DNA of 48,064 nt from contig JBEGTB010000002.1 in the NCBI GenBank assembly GCA_041179585.1, positions 1-48,064 of the forward strand, given 5' to 3'. The stretch comes from Actinomycetota bacterium (GTDB lineage Bacteria > Actinomycetota > Actinomycetes > S36-B12 > UBA5976). Below, one piece after another: positions 25,076 through 34,163 of this stretch. Both the position numbers and the translations under genes were made by a program. The notes under the pieces are model-generated. The model made no database searches. It was not told the DNA's origin and worked only from the letters and a program-made list of their open reading frames with translations. Position 1 is the stretch's first letter. Each line of letters opens with the position of its first letter.

Positions 25076-26137
25076 TTAGCCAAGTGCCCAGATGTCGCCT
25101 AGTCGGTAACCTTCTGCGAATGGATCAGTTGGATCAACTGACCAAGTTGCAGTTCCGCTAATCCAAGCTGAACCCTTGATTGTCGGCAGGATGGCCTTGT
25201 TTCCATAAGCGTCCGCTTCACCTCGAATTGTGCAAATGAATTCAGTGTCCAAAATGCTCTTGTGTGAGAACTCTTCACCCACGGCTAATTGTCCTCGTGC
25301 ATGAAGGGCAGCCATACGACCTGAACTTCCAGTCCCACAAGGAGAACGGTCAATAGTTCCACCCCAAGAATCTGGATTATCCATCTTTGGATCACCAGAA
25401 GGAATTACTACAGCGTTGCGCGATTGCTTGCCTGGTTTGCGATCGCCATTGTGAAGCATCACTAGGTTTACGTAAGTGAGATCTGGATTATCAGGGTGGT
25501 GCTGTTTCATTTCCGCATTAACTGTTGCTCGGATAGCAGAACCAATTCGAGAAATTTCTCTAGCATTCTTTGGATCAATCTCAACACCAAATTGAGAAAT
25601 ATCAGATTGCGCATAGAACTGACCGCCGAAAACAATATCTGTTTTAATCGTTCCGTATTGCGGAACTCTAATAACTCGATCTAATTCAACAACCCAAGAA
25701 GCGACATTGTCGATGGCCATATTTAAAACTTTGCCATTTTTACATTCAGCCTTCACAACAACTTGGCCAACTGCTGTGTCGATGGTGACCGTGGTGAATG
25801 GCTCTTTCATCGGAACAATCCCAGTTTCGAGTGCTGCAGTAACCGCACACATAGTGTTACTGCCTGACATTGCAGTAAATGCGGACTGTTCCAATACGAT
25901 CATTCCGAAATCAGATTCCGGTGAAACCGGAGGAAGAATTAGCGCTGCACACAGTGCTGGATAGCCACGAGGCTCACGAAGCACAATGTTCTTTAGCCAG
26001 CCAAGTTCTTTAGTGGCATAGGCGAAGCGCTGCGCCATGGTGTCACCTTTAACTAAGTGACCCATGTTGGTGATTACGCGCCCTGGTTCACCAGCTGCAT
26101 GAACATCGACCGTTTTAATCTCTAGTTTTTCAGCCAT
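25076..26137 (-). CDS. Proline racemase superfamily enzyme (hydroxyproline epimerase/dehydratase-like), atypical catalytic pair
   Basis: 353 aa with N-terminal VDVHAAGEPGRVI and the C-terminal catalytic motif DRSPCGTGSSGRMA. The first catalytic motif reads AMSGSN where the family normally has MCGH. Confidence 0.8.
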   Translation of the reverse strand: MAEKLEIKTVDVHAAGEPGRVITNMGHLVKGDTMAQRFAYATKELGWLKNIVLREPRGYPALCAALILPPVSPESDFGMIVLEQSAFTAMSGSNTMCAVTAALETGIVPMKEPFTTVTIDTAVGQVVVKAECKNGKVLNMAIDNVASWVVELDRVIRVPQYGTIKTDIVFGGQFYAQSDISQFGVEIDPKNAREISRIGSAIRATVNAEMKQHHPDNPDLTYVNLVMLHNGDRKPGKQSRNAVVIPSGDPKMDNPDSWGGTIDRSPCGTGSSGRMAALHARGQLAVGEEFSHKSILDTEFICTIRGEADAYGNKAILPTIKGSAWISGTATWSVDPTDPFAEGYRLGDIWALG

Positions 26138-26142
26138 TTACG

Positions 26143-26445
26143 CTATCCGATAATTAAATTTTCGGTAACAAACAATCGTTCTCTAGTTTCCACTTTGGAC
26201 AAAGTGTCTTCGGCCACCGCTTTGCCTTCAGGGGTTGCGTAGGCAGCTTCAAAGTCCTCTTTACTGTCAAACCAGAGTTCCGATACTCCATCAAACGGTC
26301 CATCATTATCGACCAAGTTGAAACAGACTCTTCTTACATTTGGAAGTGTTTTAACTTTCACAGTGTGGTGGTTTAACCACCAGTCAGCAAACTCTTCGTG
26401 AGTTAATTCAGATTTGCGCTTGAGCAGAATAATTGCTTTAAACAT
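26143..26445 (-). CDS. EthD-domain protein
   Basis: 100 aa, MFKAIILLKRKSELTHEEFADWWLNHH...VSELWFDSKEDFEAA. This is the ferredoxin-like EthD/TIGR02118 pattern, from memory. Confidence 0.65.
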   Translation of the reverse strand: MFKAIILLKRKSELTHEEFADWWLNHHTVKVKTLPNVRRVCFNLVDNDGPFDGVSELWFDSKEDFEAAYATPEGKAVAEDTLSKVETRERLFVTENLIIG

Positions 26446-26453
26446 TTTTTGAC

Positions 26454-27014
26454 CTATTTCACTTTTGTCACACGAGCATGCGGGCGACCGCCAACTGCAA
26501 AGACCACAACGATTAACATCTCATCTGCACGAGGGGAATCGCTAATAGTAATTTCAGCCGAATCCATGTCATCAAATACCCAACGGTCGTCTTTATTTCC
26601 AATAGGCATTGTTATAGATGACCCAGGTGCCCCAACTTTCTTAGTTCCAGGAATGATCTCAGCTCCACCGCCAATTGCTGCGCGAACTGGGGCGCCAAAG
26701 CGTGGGTGCAACACTGCAGCAGTGTGTTCTAATTCGCCATCTGTGCCGACTATTGCGCCTTTTCCATAACCAGTCACATCACTTGGCTTTAGTCCGATAC
26801 TGGATAGCGCTGCCATAGCTTTTTCAGATAAGAACTGAGTAATCTCTGCACTAATTAATTCAAGTTCTGTTAAGTCAGCAACTAGCGGTTTGCCGGCTAG
26901 TGGATTCTTAACTACCGCAGCCGCAATTACTTTTACAATTCGTTTGGTAACTGCTTTGCCACTTTCTTCGATGATTTCATCTACTGTGACTACGCTTTTG
27001 CGAATTTGAGCCAT
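26454..27014 (-). CDS. AA_synth / DUF1185 family protein ('amino acid synthesis family'), function unknown
   Basis: 186 aa, MAQIRKSVVTVDEIIEESGKAVTKRIVKVIAAAVVKNPLAGK...GKGAIVGTDGELEHTAAVLHPRFG. It matches my recollection of Pfam AA_synth. GGGGGA SD upstream. Confidence 0.65.
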   Translation of the reverse strand: MAQIRKSVVTVDEIIEESGKAVTKRIVKVIAAAVVKNPLAGKPLVADLTELELISAEITQFLSEKAMAALSSIGLKPSDVTGYGKGAIVGTDGELEHTAAVLHPRFGAPVRAAIGGGAEIIPGTKKVGAPGSSITMPIGNKDDRWVFDDMDSAEITISDSPRADEMLIVVVFAVGGRPHARVTKVK

Positions 27015-27132
27015 ATTTCCCCCGAAGATTATTTAGGTGTTTTTAAGTGTAGGCCATTGAGCTATGCGATTGTAAGACAACTAAAAGATGGATGTAGATT
27101 ATCTTCAGGTCGCAATAAAGGAGCCTTAAACG

Positions 27133-28626
27133 ATGGCCACAAGAATTACCCACTGGATCGATGGCAAGCCATGGAGTGGAACTGCAGAACGCACTGCACC
27201 TGTTTTCAATCCAGCAACAGGCAAGCAAACCGGCGAAGTTGATCTTGCTAGCAGAAAAGTTTTAGATGAAGCCGTAGCAGTTGCAAAGCGTGCTGGCGTT
27301 GAATGGGGCGCCTCTTCATTAACCAAGCGCGCAAATGTGCTTTTTGCATTCCGCGAATTACTAAATGAACGTAAAGAAGAATTGGCTGCAATCATTACCG
27401 CTGAACACGGCAAGGTGCTTTCAGATGCACTAGGCGAAGTCACCCGCGGGCAAGAAGTGGTTGAATTCGCATGTGGAATTCCACATTTACTAAAGGGTTC
27501 ATACAGCGAATCAGTTTCAACTGGTGTCGATGTTTACTCAATCCGCCAACCACTTGGTGTTGTTGGCATCATTTCTCCGTTTAACTTCCCAGCTATGGTT
27601 CCAATGTGGTTTTTCCCAATTGCAATTGCAGCTGGTAACACCGTAATTGTTAAGCCATCTGAAAAAGATCCATCATCACAGAACTTCATCGCTGGGCTTT
27701 GGAAAGAAGCAGGTCTTCCTGATGGCGTATTCAACGTGGTTCATGGCGACAAAGAATCAGTTGATGGTCTTCTAGAAAACCCAGATGTTAAGAGCATTTC
27801 ATTTGTGGGCTCAACCCCAATTGCTAAATACATCTATGAAACCGGAACAAAGAATGGCAAGCGCGTTCAAGCGCTAGGTGGCGCAAAGAACCACATGCTG
27901 GTCCTTCCAGATGCTGACCTAGATCTAGTTGCTGATGCTGCAGTTAACGCAGGCTTTGGTTCTGCTGGTGAACGTTGTATGGCGATCTCAGTATTACTTG
28001 CAGTTGAACCAATTGCAGATGCAACAATTTCAAAGATTGTTGATCGTATGGGCAAACTACGCACTGGCGATGGCACACGTGGTTGCGACATGGGTCCACT
28101 TGTAACTTCTGCGCACCGCGACAAAGTCAAGGGATACATCGACGCTGGCGTGAGCGAAGGTGCCAAGGTTGTTGTTGATGGCCGTGGCGTAGAACCAGAT
28201 GCTGATGGCGAAGGCTTCTTCGTTGGGCCAACACTGTTTGATGAAGTCAAAACCAACATGTCTATCTACAAAGAAGAAATCTTTGGTCCAGTACTTTCAG
28301 TGGTTCGCGTTAAGTCATACGAAGAAGGCCTAAAGCTAATTAACGACCACGAATACGGCAATGGCGTAGCAATTTTCACTAATGATGGTGGTGCTGCACG
28401 TCGCTTCCAGAATGAAGTTCAAGTTGGCATGGTCGGTATTAACGTGCCGATCCCTGTGCCAATGGCTTACTTCTCATTTGGTGGTTGGAAAGCATCACTA
28501 TTTGGTGACACCCACGCACACGGTATGGAAGGCGTGAACTTCTTCACCCGTGGCAAGGTTGTAACTAGCCGCTGGCTAGATCCAAGCCATGGTGGCATCA
28601 ACCTAGGTTTCCCAACCAACGGTTAA
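27133..28626 (+). CDS. mmsA: CoA-acylating methylmalonate-semialdehyde dehydrogenase
   Basis: 497 aa ALDH with FNFPAMVPMWFFPIAIAAGNTVIVKPSEKDP, GGAKNH, GERCMA and VGINVPIPVPMAYFSFGGWKASLFGD, all typical of MmsA/IolA. AAGGAG SD upstream. Confidence 0.9.
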   Translation: MATRITHWIDGKPWSGTAERTAPVFNPATGKQTGEVDLASRKVLDEAVAVAKRAGVEWGASSLTKRANVLFAFRELLNERKEELAAIITAEHGKVLSDALGEVTRGQEVVEFACGIPHLLKGSYSESVSTGVDVYSIRQPLGVVGIISPFNFPAMVPMWFFPIAIAAGNTVIVKPSEKDPSSQNFIAGLWKEAGLPDGVFNVVHGDKESVDGLLENPDVKSISFVGSTPIAKYIYETGTKNGKRVQALGGAKNHMLVLPDADLDLVADAAVNAGFGSAGERCMAISVLLAVEPIADATISKIVDRMGKLRTGDGTRGCDMGPLVTSAHRDKVKGYIDAGVSEGAKVVVDGRGVEPDADGEGFFVGPTLFDEVKTNMSIYKEEIFGPVLSVVRVKSYEEGLKLINDHEYGNGVAIFTNDGGAARRFQNEVQVGMVGINVPIPVPMAYFSFGGWKASLFGDTHAHGMEGVNFFTRGKVVTSRWLDPSHGGINLGFPTNG

Positions 28627-28636
28627 TAGAGCTAAA

Positions 28637-28675
28637 TAAAAAACCCGCATCGAAAAGATGCGGGTTTTTTATTTT
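28637..28675. terminator. Bidirectional rho-independent terminator between mmsA and hutH
   Basis: AAAAAA-CCCGCATC-GAAAA-GATGCGGG-TTTTTTATTTT. Confidence 0.85.
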
Positions 28676-28681
28676 CTCTTT

Positions 28682-30199
28682 TTACTTAAGAACTTTTGCA
28701 AGCTGACCAGTTGCAACTAGTACTTCAGCTGCAGCCATGTCAGGAGCCAAGAACCTATCTGGGCCTGGACCACCAGCTGTTTTGCGAAGCAGGTCGATTG
28801 CTTTTTTAGTAACCGGTGCAGGGGCAAGTGGCGCGCGAAGATCAAGAGCGCGAGCTGCGGTTAAGTATTCAATACTGATGATCTTGGCTAGGTTTGCAAC
28901 TGCTGTGCGAAGTTTGCGCGCAGCACTCCAACCCATTGATACGTGATCTTCTTGCATTGCTGAACTTGGTATTGAATCAACGCTTGCTGGAACTGCCAAA
29001 CGTTTGTTTTCTGAAACCAGTGCAGCCTGGGTGTATTGGGCAATCATTAAACCTGAATCAACACCAGGATCGTCTGCAAGAAACGGTGGCAACCCATGCG
29101 ATCTTGCTTTATCTAGCATGCGATCTGTGCGACGTTCTGAAATTGAACCTAAGTCAGCTGCTGCGATTGCTAAGAAATCTAGAACGTAAGCAACCGGGGC
29201 GCCATGAAAGTTTCCATTTGAAGAAACTCGGCCATCATCTAAAACAACTGGGTTGTCGATTGCTGCAGCAAGTTCGCGCAGGGCAACTTGGCGAGCATGA
29301 GCGATTGTGTCACGAACTGCGCCAGTTACCTGAGGTGCGCAGCGAAGCGAGTACGCATCTTGCACTTTTGTGTCATCAACTTTGTGTGATTCAACAATCT
29401 TGCTTTCTTTGAGAGCGTGGAACATGTTTGCAGCACTTGTTGCTTGGCCTGGATGTGGGCGAAGTGGAAGGTGAAGTTCAGGTAAGAAAACTTGATCAGT
29501 TCCCATCTGCGCTTCAACGCTCATTGCCGCAGTTAGATCAGCGCTGTCGCAAAGCATTTCAAGGTCTTCAATAGCCATGATCAACATGCCAAGCATGCCG
29601 TCAGTTCCATTAATTAATGCAAGGCCTTCTTTTTCAACAAGTTGAAGTGGTGAAATTCCTGCTGATTTAAGTGCATCGGCAGCAGAAACTTGCTTGCCAG
29701 AAACATCAACAACTTCACCTTCACCCATTAAGACAAGGGCGCAGTGGGCAAGTGGTGCTAAATCACCACTGCAACCAAGTGAACCAAATTCATGCACCAC
29801 AGGAGTGATACCTGCATTAAGTAGCGCTGCCATGGTTTCAACCACAACTGGGCGAACACCTGTGTGACCAGAGCAAAGAGTCTTTAAGCGAAGCAACATA
29901 AGTGCGCGCACAACTTCACGCTCAACAGGTGTGCCAAGGCCAGCAGCATGTGAACGGATTAGTGAACTTTGAAGTTGCTGACGAAGTTCAGGTGAAACAT
30001 GGCGATTAGCTAATGCGCCAAAGCCAGTTGATACGCCATAGACAGGTGTTGGGCTGGCAGCAAGTTTGTCGATGTGGGCACGGGTTTTAGCAACCGCATC
30101 TAAAGCTTCTTTAGAGATGGTCACCTTGGCATCGTGCCTAGCAACTGCAACAACATCTGCAAAAGTCATTCCAGATGTTTTGATTACTACTTCACTCAT
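28682..30199 (-). CDS. hutH: Histidine ammonia-lyase
   Basis: MSEVVIKTSGMTFADVVAV... with the MIO-region motif GSLGCSGDLAPLAH. Start ATG 30199 overlaps the hutI stop as ATGA. The track's longer ORF to 30241 would run into hutI. Confidence 0.93.
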   Translation of the reverse strand: MSEVVIKTSGMTFADVVAVARHDAKVTISKEALDAVAKTRAHIDKLAASPTPVYGVSTGFGALANRHVSPELRQQLQSSLIRSHAAGLGTPVEREVVRALMLLRLKTLCSGHTGVRPVVVETMAALLNAGITPVVHEFGSLGCSGDLAPLAHCALVLMGEGEVVDVSGKQVSAADALKSAGISPLQLVEKEGLALINGTDGMLGMLIMAIEDLEMLCDSADLTAAMSVEAQMGTDQVFLPELHLPLRPHPGQATSAANMFHALKESKIVESHKVDDTKVQDAYSLRCAPQVTGAVRDTIAHARQVALRELAAAIDNPVVLDDGRVSSNGNFHGAPVAYVLDFLAIAAADLGSISERRTDRMLDKARSHGLPPFLADDPGVDSGLMIAQYTQAALVSENKRLAVPASVDSIPSSAMQEDHVSMGWSAARKLRTAVANLAKIISIEYLTAARALDLRAPLAPAPVTKKAIDLLRKTAGGPGPDRFLAPDMAAAEVLVATGQLAKVLK

Positions 30200-31401
30200 G
30201 CACTTGCTCCTTTTGCGAACACAACGTTTCCATCTTTCCAAGTTGTCTTTATTAATGGCACACCAGGCCGATATGCAAAGTGCACGTATGTCGGTGCATT
30301 TAGTAAAACTAAGTCAGCATTAGCGCCAACAGTTAAATGTCCAACATCATTTCGACGAAGCGCTTTAGCCCCGCCCATAGTTGCTGCATAGAGAGATTCA
30401 TCGACTTTCATATGCATTTCGCGAACCGCAAGTGCGATACAAAACGGCATGTTTGAAGAATAACTACTGCCTGGGTTGCAATCAGGGGATAGAGAAACAA
30501 CACTTCCGGCATCAAGTAAGTCTCTTGCGCGTGGATAAAAAGGTGAGCGAGTACTAAATTCACAAGCTGGCACTAATCCAGCAACAGTATTGCTTTTTGC
30601 TAGCGCATTAATGTCACCATCGGTTAAGTAAGTTAAATGATCTGCTGATGCGCAATCTAGTTCAATTGCCATGCCTACTGCGTCACCTTGTTCAAGTTGG
30701 TTCAAGTGAACTCTTGGCTTTAGGCCATTAGCGATACCAGCTTCAAGAATTTTTTTGGTTTGGCTTGTAGTGAATGCACCTTTGTCACAAAACACATCAA
30801 TCCACTTTGAATAAGGCAAACAGGCATCAAGCATTGGGCCGGACACTAAATCAACATAAGCATCTGGATTGTCAGCAAATTCGGTAGCAACAACATGAGC
30901 ACCAAGAAAAGTAACTTCATCGGTTAGTTCGGATGCGACTTTGACACTTCTTTTTTCAGTTTCAACATCAAGGCCGTAGCCAGATTTGATTTCAATTGTT
31001 GTGGTGCCAGATTCGTGCATTTCTGCAATTAATCGCTGCGCATTAATTTTTAATTCTTGCTCACTTGCAGCCCTAGTGGCTGCAGTTGTCACTTTGATTC
31101 CACCTGCAGAATATGGGATTCCAGCCATGCGAGCGGCAAATTCATTTGATCTGTCACCAGCGAAAATGATGTGGGAGTGGCTATCAACAAAACCTGGAAT
31201 TACACAGTCACCATTGGCATCAACTATCTGCAAACTCTTGTCGACATTTGAAGTTTGTCCAACCCAAGCAACCTTTCCATCAACAATGCTGATCGCTGCA
31301 TTATTAATAATGCCGAGCTGACCTTCACCTAATTTCGAATTATTAGTTACAAGTTGACCAATGTTGATCAGGCTAAAGTCACCAGTTGGCGTTTTTGACA
31401 T
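30196..31401 (-). CDS. hutI: Imidazolonepropionase
   Basis: 401 aa amidohydrolase with GFVDSHSHIIFAG metal motif. It sits between hutU and hutH. Confidence 0.92.
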   Translation of the reverse strand: MSKTPTGDFSLINIGQLVTNNSKLGEGQLGIINNAAISIVDGKVAWVGQTSNVDKSLQIVDANGDCVIPGFVDSHSHIIFAGDRSNEFAARMAGIPYSAGGIKVTTAATRAASEQELKINAQRLIAEMHESGTTTIEIKSGYGLDVETEKRSVKVASELTDEVTFLGAHVVATEFADNPDAYVDLVSGPMLDACLPYSKWIDVFCDKGAFTTSQTKKILEAGIANGLKPRVHLNQLEQGDAVGMAIELDCASADHLTYLTDGDINALAKSNTVAGLVPACEFSTRSPFYPRARDLLDAGSVVSLSPDCNPGSSYSSNMPFCIALAVREMHMKVDESLYAATMGGAKALRRNDVGHLTVGANADLVLLNAPTYVHFAYRPGVPLIKTTWKDGNVVFAKGASA

Positions 31402-31404
31402 GAT

Positions 31405-33084
31405 TTAAAGGTAGTCGCCATTTTCTAGCATCGGTACATGAACATGCTTTGCCTTAGCCACATCAACTGCCTGGTCATAACCTGCATCAACGTGGCGAAT
31501 AACGCCCATACCTGGGTCATTAGTAAGGACGCGGGCAAGTTTTTGGGCGGCAAGAGGGGTGCCATCGGCAACTGAAACTTGGCCTGCGTGGATTGATCGA
31601 CCAATCCCAACGCCGCCACCATGGTGAATTGAAACCCATGAAGCACCAGAAGAGATGTTGATCATGGCATTTAGTAACGGCCAGTCGGCAATCGCATCTG
31701 ATCCATCAAGCATCGCTTCTGATTCGCGGTAAGGAGAGGCAACAGAACCACAGTCAAGATGATCGCGACCAATAACAATCGGCGCGCTAACTTCACCCTT
31801 AGCAACTAGGTCATTAAAAGCGACGCCAGCTTTGTCTCGTTCGCCGTAACCCAACCAACAGATGCGTGCAGGTAGACCTTGGAATGCAACACGTTTTTGA
31901 GCCATGTTGATCCAACGGCGTAAGTGTTCGTTTTCTGGGAATAGATCAAGTACTGCTTTATCTGTGCGAGCAATGTCTTTTGGATCGCCAGAAAGTGCAG
32001 CCCAGCGGAATGGCCCCTTTCCTTCACAGAAAAGCGGACGGATGTAAGCCGGGATGAAACCTGGGAATGCAAACGCGCGATCGTAGCCACCCTTTCGTGC
32101 TTCGTCGCGAATTGAATTTCCGTAATCAAATACTTCAGCGCCTTTATCCATGAAGCCAACCATCGCTTCAACATGGCGAGCCATTGATTCACGTGAGCGA
32201 TCAGTGAATTCATCCGGTTTCTTATCTGCGTATTCGCGAGCATCAGCAAAATCGATACCGCTTGGAATGTAATAAAGCGGATCATGTGCTGATGTTTGGT
32301 CAGTAACAATGTCAACATCAACATTCATTTCCAAAAGTTTTGGCAGAACGTCAGCAGCATTGCCAACAAGACCAACTGAAAGTGCTTTGCGAGCAGCTTT
32401 GGCATCCAAACAGCGCTTAACTGCATCATTTAACTCAGTTGTTACTTCGTCTAAGTAACGGGTTTCAACACGGCGACGAAGGCGAGTCTCATCAATATCA
32501 ATGATTAAACAAACGCCATCGTTCATAGTTACGGCAAGTGGTTGAGCGCCACCCATGCCACCACAGCCGCCGGTAACGGTTAATGTTCCAGCTAAAGATC
32601 CACCGAAACGCTTTGCCGCAACCGCTGCGAAAGTTTCATAAGTTCCTTGCAAGATGCCTTGGGTTCCGATGTAGATCCAAGATCCGGCAGTCATCTGCCC
32701 ATACATGGTTAAGCCAAGTTGTTCTAGGCGTCGAAATTCTGGCCAGTTAGCCCAGTCACCAACCAAGTTTGAATTAGCCAAAATTACGCGTGGTGCCCAT
32801 TCATGAGTTTGAAAAACACCAACTGGTTTTCCAGATTGCACCAACATGGTTTCGTCATTATTTAAATTGGTAAGCGTGCGAACGATCGCATCAAATGATT
32901 CCCAGTTACGCGCCGCTTTTCCGGTGCCGCCATAAACGACTAATGAATCAGGATGCTCAGCAACATTTGGATCAAGGTTGTTCATCAGCATTCGAATAGC
33001 TGCTTCTTGCTGCCAACCTTTAGCTGAGATTTTTGTTCCGGTTGCCGCTTTAACTGGGCGAGGACCTGAAACCATTAAGACCAT
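31405..33084 (-). CDS. hutU: Urocanate hydratase
   Basis: 559 aa with [41 protein letters not shown] and [13 protein letters not shown]. The alternative start ATG 33075 has better SD spacing. Confidence 0.93.
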   Translation of the reverse strand: MVLMVSGPRPVKAATGTKISAKGWQQEAAIRMLMNNLDPNVAEHPDSLVVYGGTGKAARNWESFDAIVRTLTNLNNDETMLVQSGKPVGVFQTHEWAPRVILANSNLVGDWANWPEFRRLEQLGLTMYGQMTAGSWIYIGTQGILQGTYETFAAVAAKRFGGSLAGTLTVTGGCGGMGGAQPLAVTMNDGVCLIIDIDETRLRRRVETRYLDEVTTELNDAVKRCLDAKAARKALSVGLVGNAADVLPKLLEMNVDVDIVTDQTSAHDPLYYIPSGIDFADAREYADKKPDEFTDRSRESMARHVEAMVGFMDKGAEVFDYGNSIRDEARKGGYDRAFAFPGFIPAYIRPLFCEGKGPFRWAALSGDPKDIARTDKAVLDLFPENEHLRRWINMAQKRVAFQGLPARICWLGYGERDKAGVAFNDLVAKGEVSAPIVIGRDHLDCGSVASPYRESEAMLDGSDAIADWPLLNAMINISSGASWVSIHHGGGVGIGRSIHAGQVSVADGTPLAAQKLARVLTNDPGMGVIRHVDAGYDQAVDVAKAKHVHVPMLENGDYL

Positions 33085-33131
33085 CCTTTAAGGTGCTTTT
33101 CCTATCGAAAGTCTGTCGGGCAATAGACCTT

Positions 33132-33160
33132 TTGGCAACCAGTTGGCAGCAGAGTAAGTT
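33132..33160 (+). promoter_or_regulatory. Putative sigma-70-type promoter for hutG
   Basis: TTGGCA (33132-33137), a 17-nt spacer, then TAAGTT (33155-33160), about 20 nt upstream of the hutG start. Confidence 0.35.
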
Positions 33161-33178
33161 TTCTTTTAACACTAAGGA

Positions 33179-34108
33179 ATGCCACTAGTTATGAACTCAT
33201 TGCCACATGATGAACTATGGCCGCGTGCTGGCCATTGGCTTAGTTCAGTAAGGCCAGATAAAAAACCAAACCTTACTTACTTAGGCGTTCCAGCTTTCAA
33301 GACTTCTATTAGTCAAACAAACGCCCATGTCACACCAAATGCAGTTCGAGAAGCTTTGCTTCGTTATTCAACTTATTCCTGGTCGCACGAACTAGATATT
33401 CGCTGTGTTTCATTTTTTGATGGCGGCGATGTAGTTGACCCAGATTTTGCAGATGGTGAAGCAAGGGTTGAGTCAAAAGTAAATGAACTAAAAGACACAG
33501 ACCTTTTAATTGCAGTTGGCGGCGATAACTCAATTACATATTCAGTTGCCAAAGCCACTTGGGGTAATCAAATCGGTAAAGCTGGTCTAATCACATTTGA
33601 TGCGCACCATGATCTTCGTGACGGGGAAAGTAACGGTTCGCCGGTAAGACGCCTGATTGCTGCTGGTCTGCAGGGAACACACGTCGTTCAAATTGGCATA
33701 AGCGATTACGCTAATTCACCCGCTTATGCCACGCGTGCTAAAGAATACGGAATTACTGTGATTACCCGTGATGCACTAAGGCGTCGTCCATTAAAAGACG
33801 TAATGGATGAGGCCGTTGAAATTGCCGGTGCTAGCGGGGGGCCAGTTCATTTGGATGTGGACGTGGATGTCTGTGATCGCTCAGTAGTGCCAGCTTGTCC
33901 AGCAGCTGCCCCAGGTGGCATAAGCGCCGATGATTTAAGGCAGTTGACGCACTTTGCCAGCCTTCATCCAACAATTAAGTCTCTGGACTTTACTGAAATC
34001 GATGCCACAATAGATTCACCCGATCAGCGAACTGTTCGTCTAGCGGCTTTGTGTATTTTGGAAGCTGCAGCCGGCGTAGCAATTCGCACCGGAAACTTCG
34101 AAAACTAA
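33179..34108 (+). CDS. hutG: Formimidoylglutamase (arginase/ureohydrolase fold)
   Basis: 309 aa with GGDNSITY, FDAHHDLRD, LDVDVDVCD metal motifs. The N-terminal GVPAFKTSISQTNAHVTPNAVREAL and central VQIGISDYANSPAY closely resemble Bacillus subtilis HutG as I remember it. Confidence 0.82.
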   Translation: MPLVMNSLPHDELWPRAGHWLSSVRPDKKPNLTYLGVPAFKTSISQTNAHVTPNAVREALLRYSTYSWSHELDIRCVSFFDGGDVVDPDFADGEARVESKVNELKDTDLLIAVGGDNSITYSVAKATWGNQIGKAGLITFDAHHDLRDGESNGSPVRRLIAAGLQGTHVVQIGISDYANSPAYATRAKEYGITVITRDALRRRPLKDVMDEAVEIAGASGGPVHLDVDVDVCDRSVVPACPAAAPGGISADDLRQLTHFASLHPTIKSLDFTEIDATIDSPDQRTVRLAALCILEAAAGVAIRTGNFEN

Positions 34109-34163
34109 ATGCACCAAATTTAAGATTTCTAAAATTAAAAACTGCAAAACAGAAAGAGGAAAC

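Noticed and set aside
26449-26769. 106-aa plus-strand ORF opposite the AA_synth gene
   Set aside because: It is a shadow ORF inside a gene with good family-like sequence, and it has no start context.
27015-27132. GAAGAT / ATCTTC inverted elements and AGATTAT direct repeats in the AA_synth/mmsA divergent spacer as an operator
   Set aside because: These are short AT-rich matches about 70 nt apart. They are indistinguishable from chance without comparative data, and there is no cognate regulator in the window.
28894-29412. 172-aa ORF antisense to hutH, plus a 172-aa out-of-frame ORF inside hutU at 31806-32324
   Set aside because: Both sit fully within strongly supported hut genes. They are Q/L/H-rich with no recognisable motifs or SD, so they are frame artefacts.
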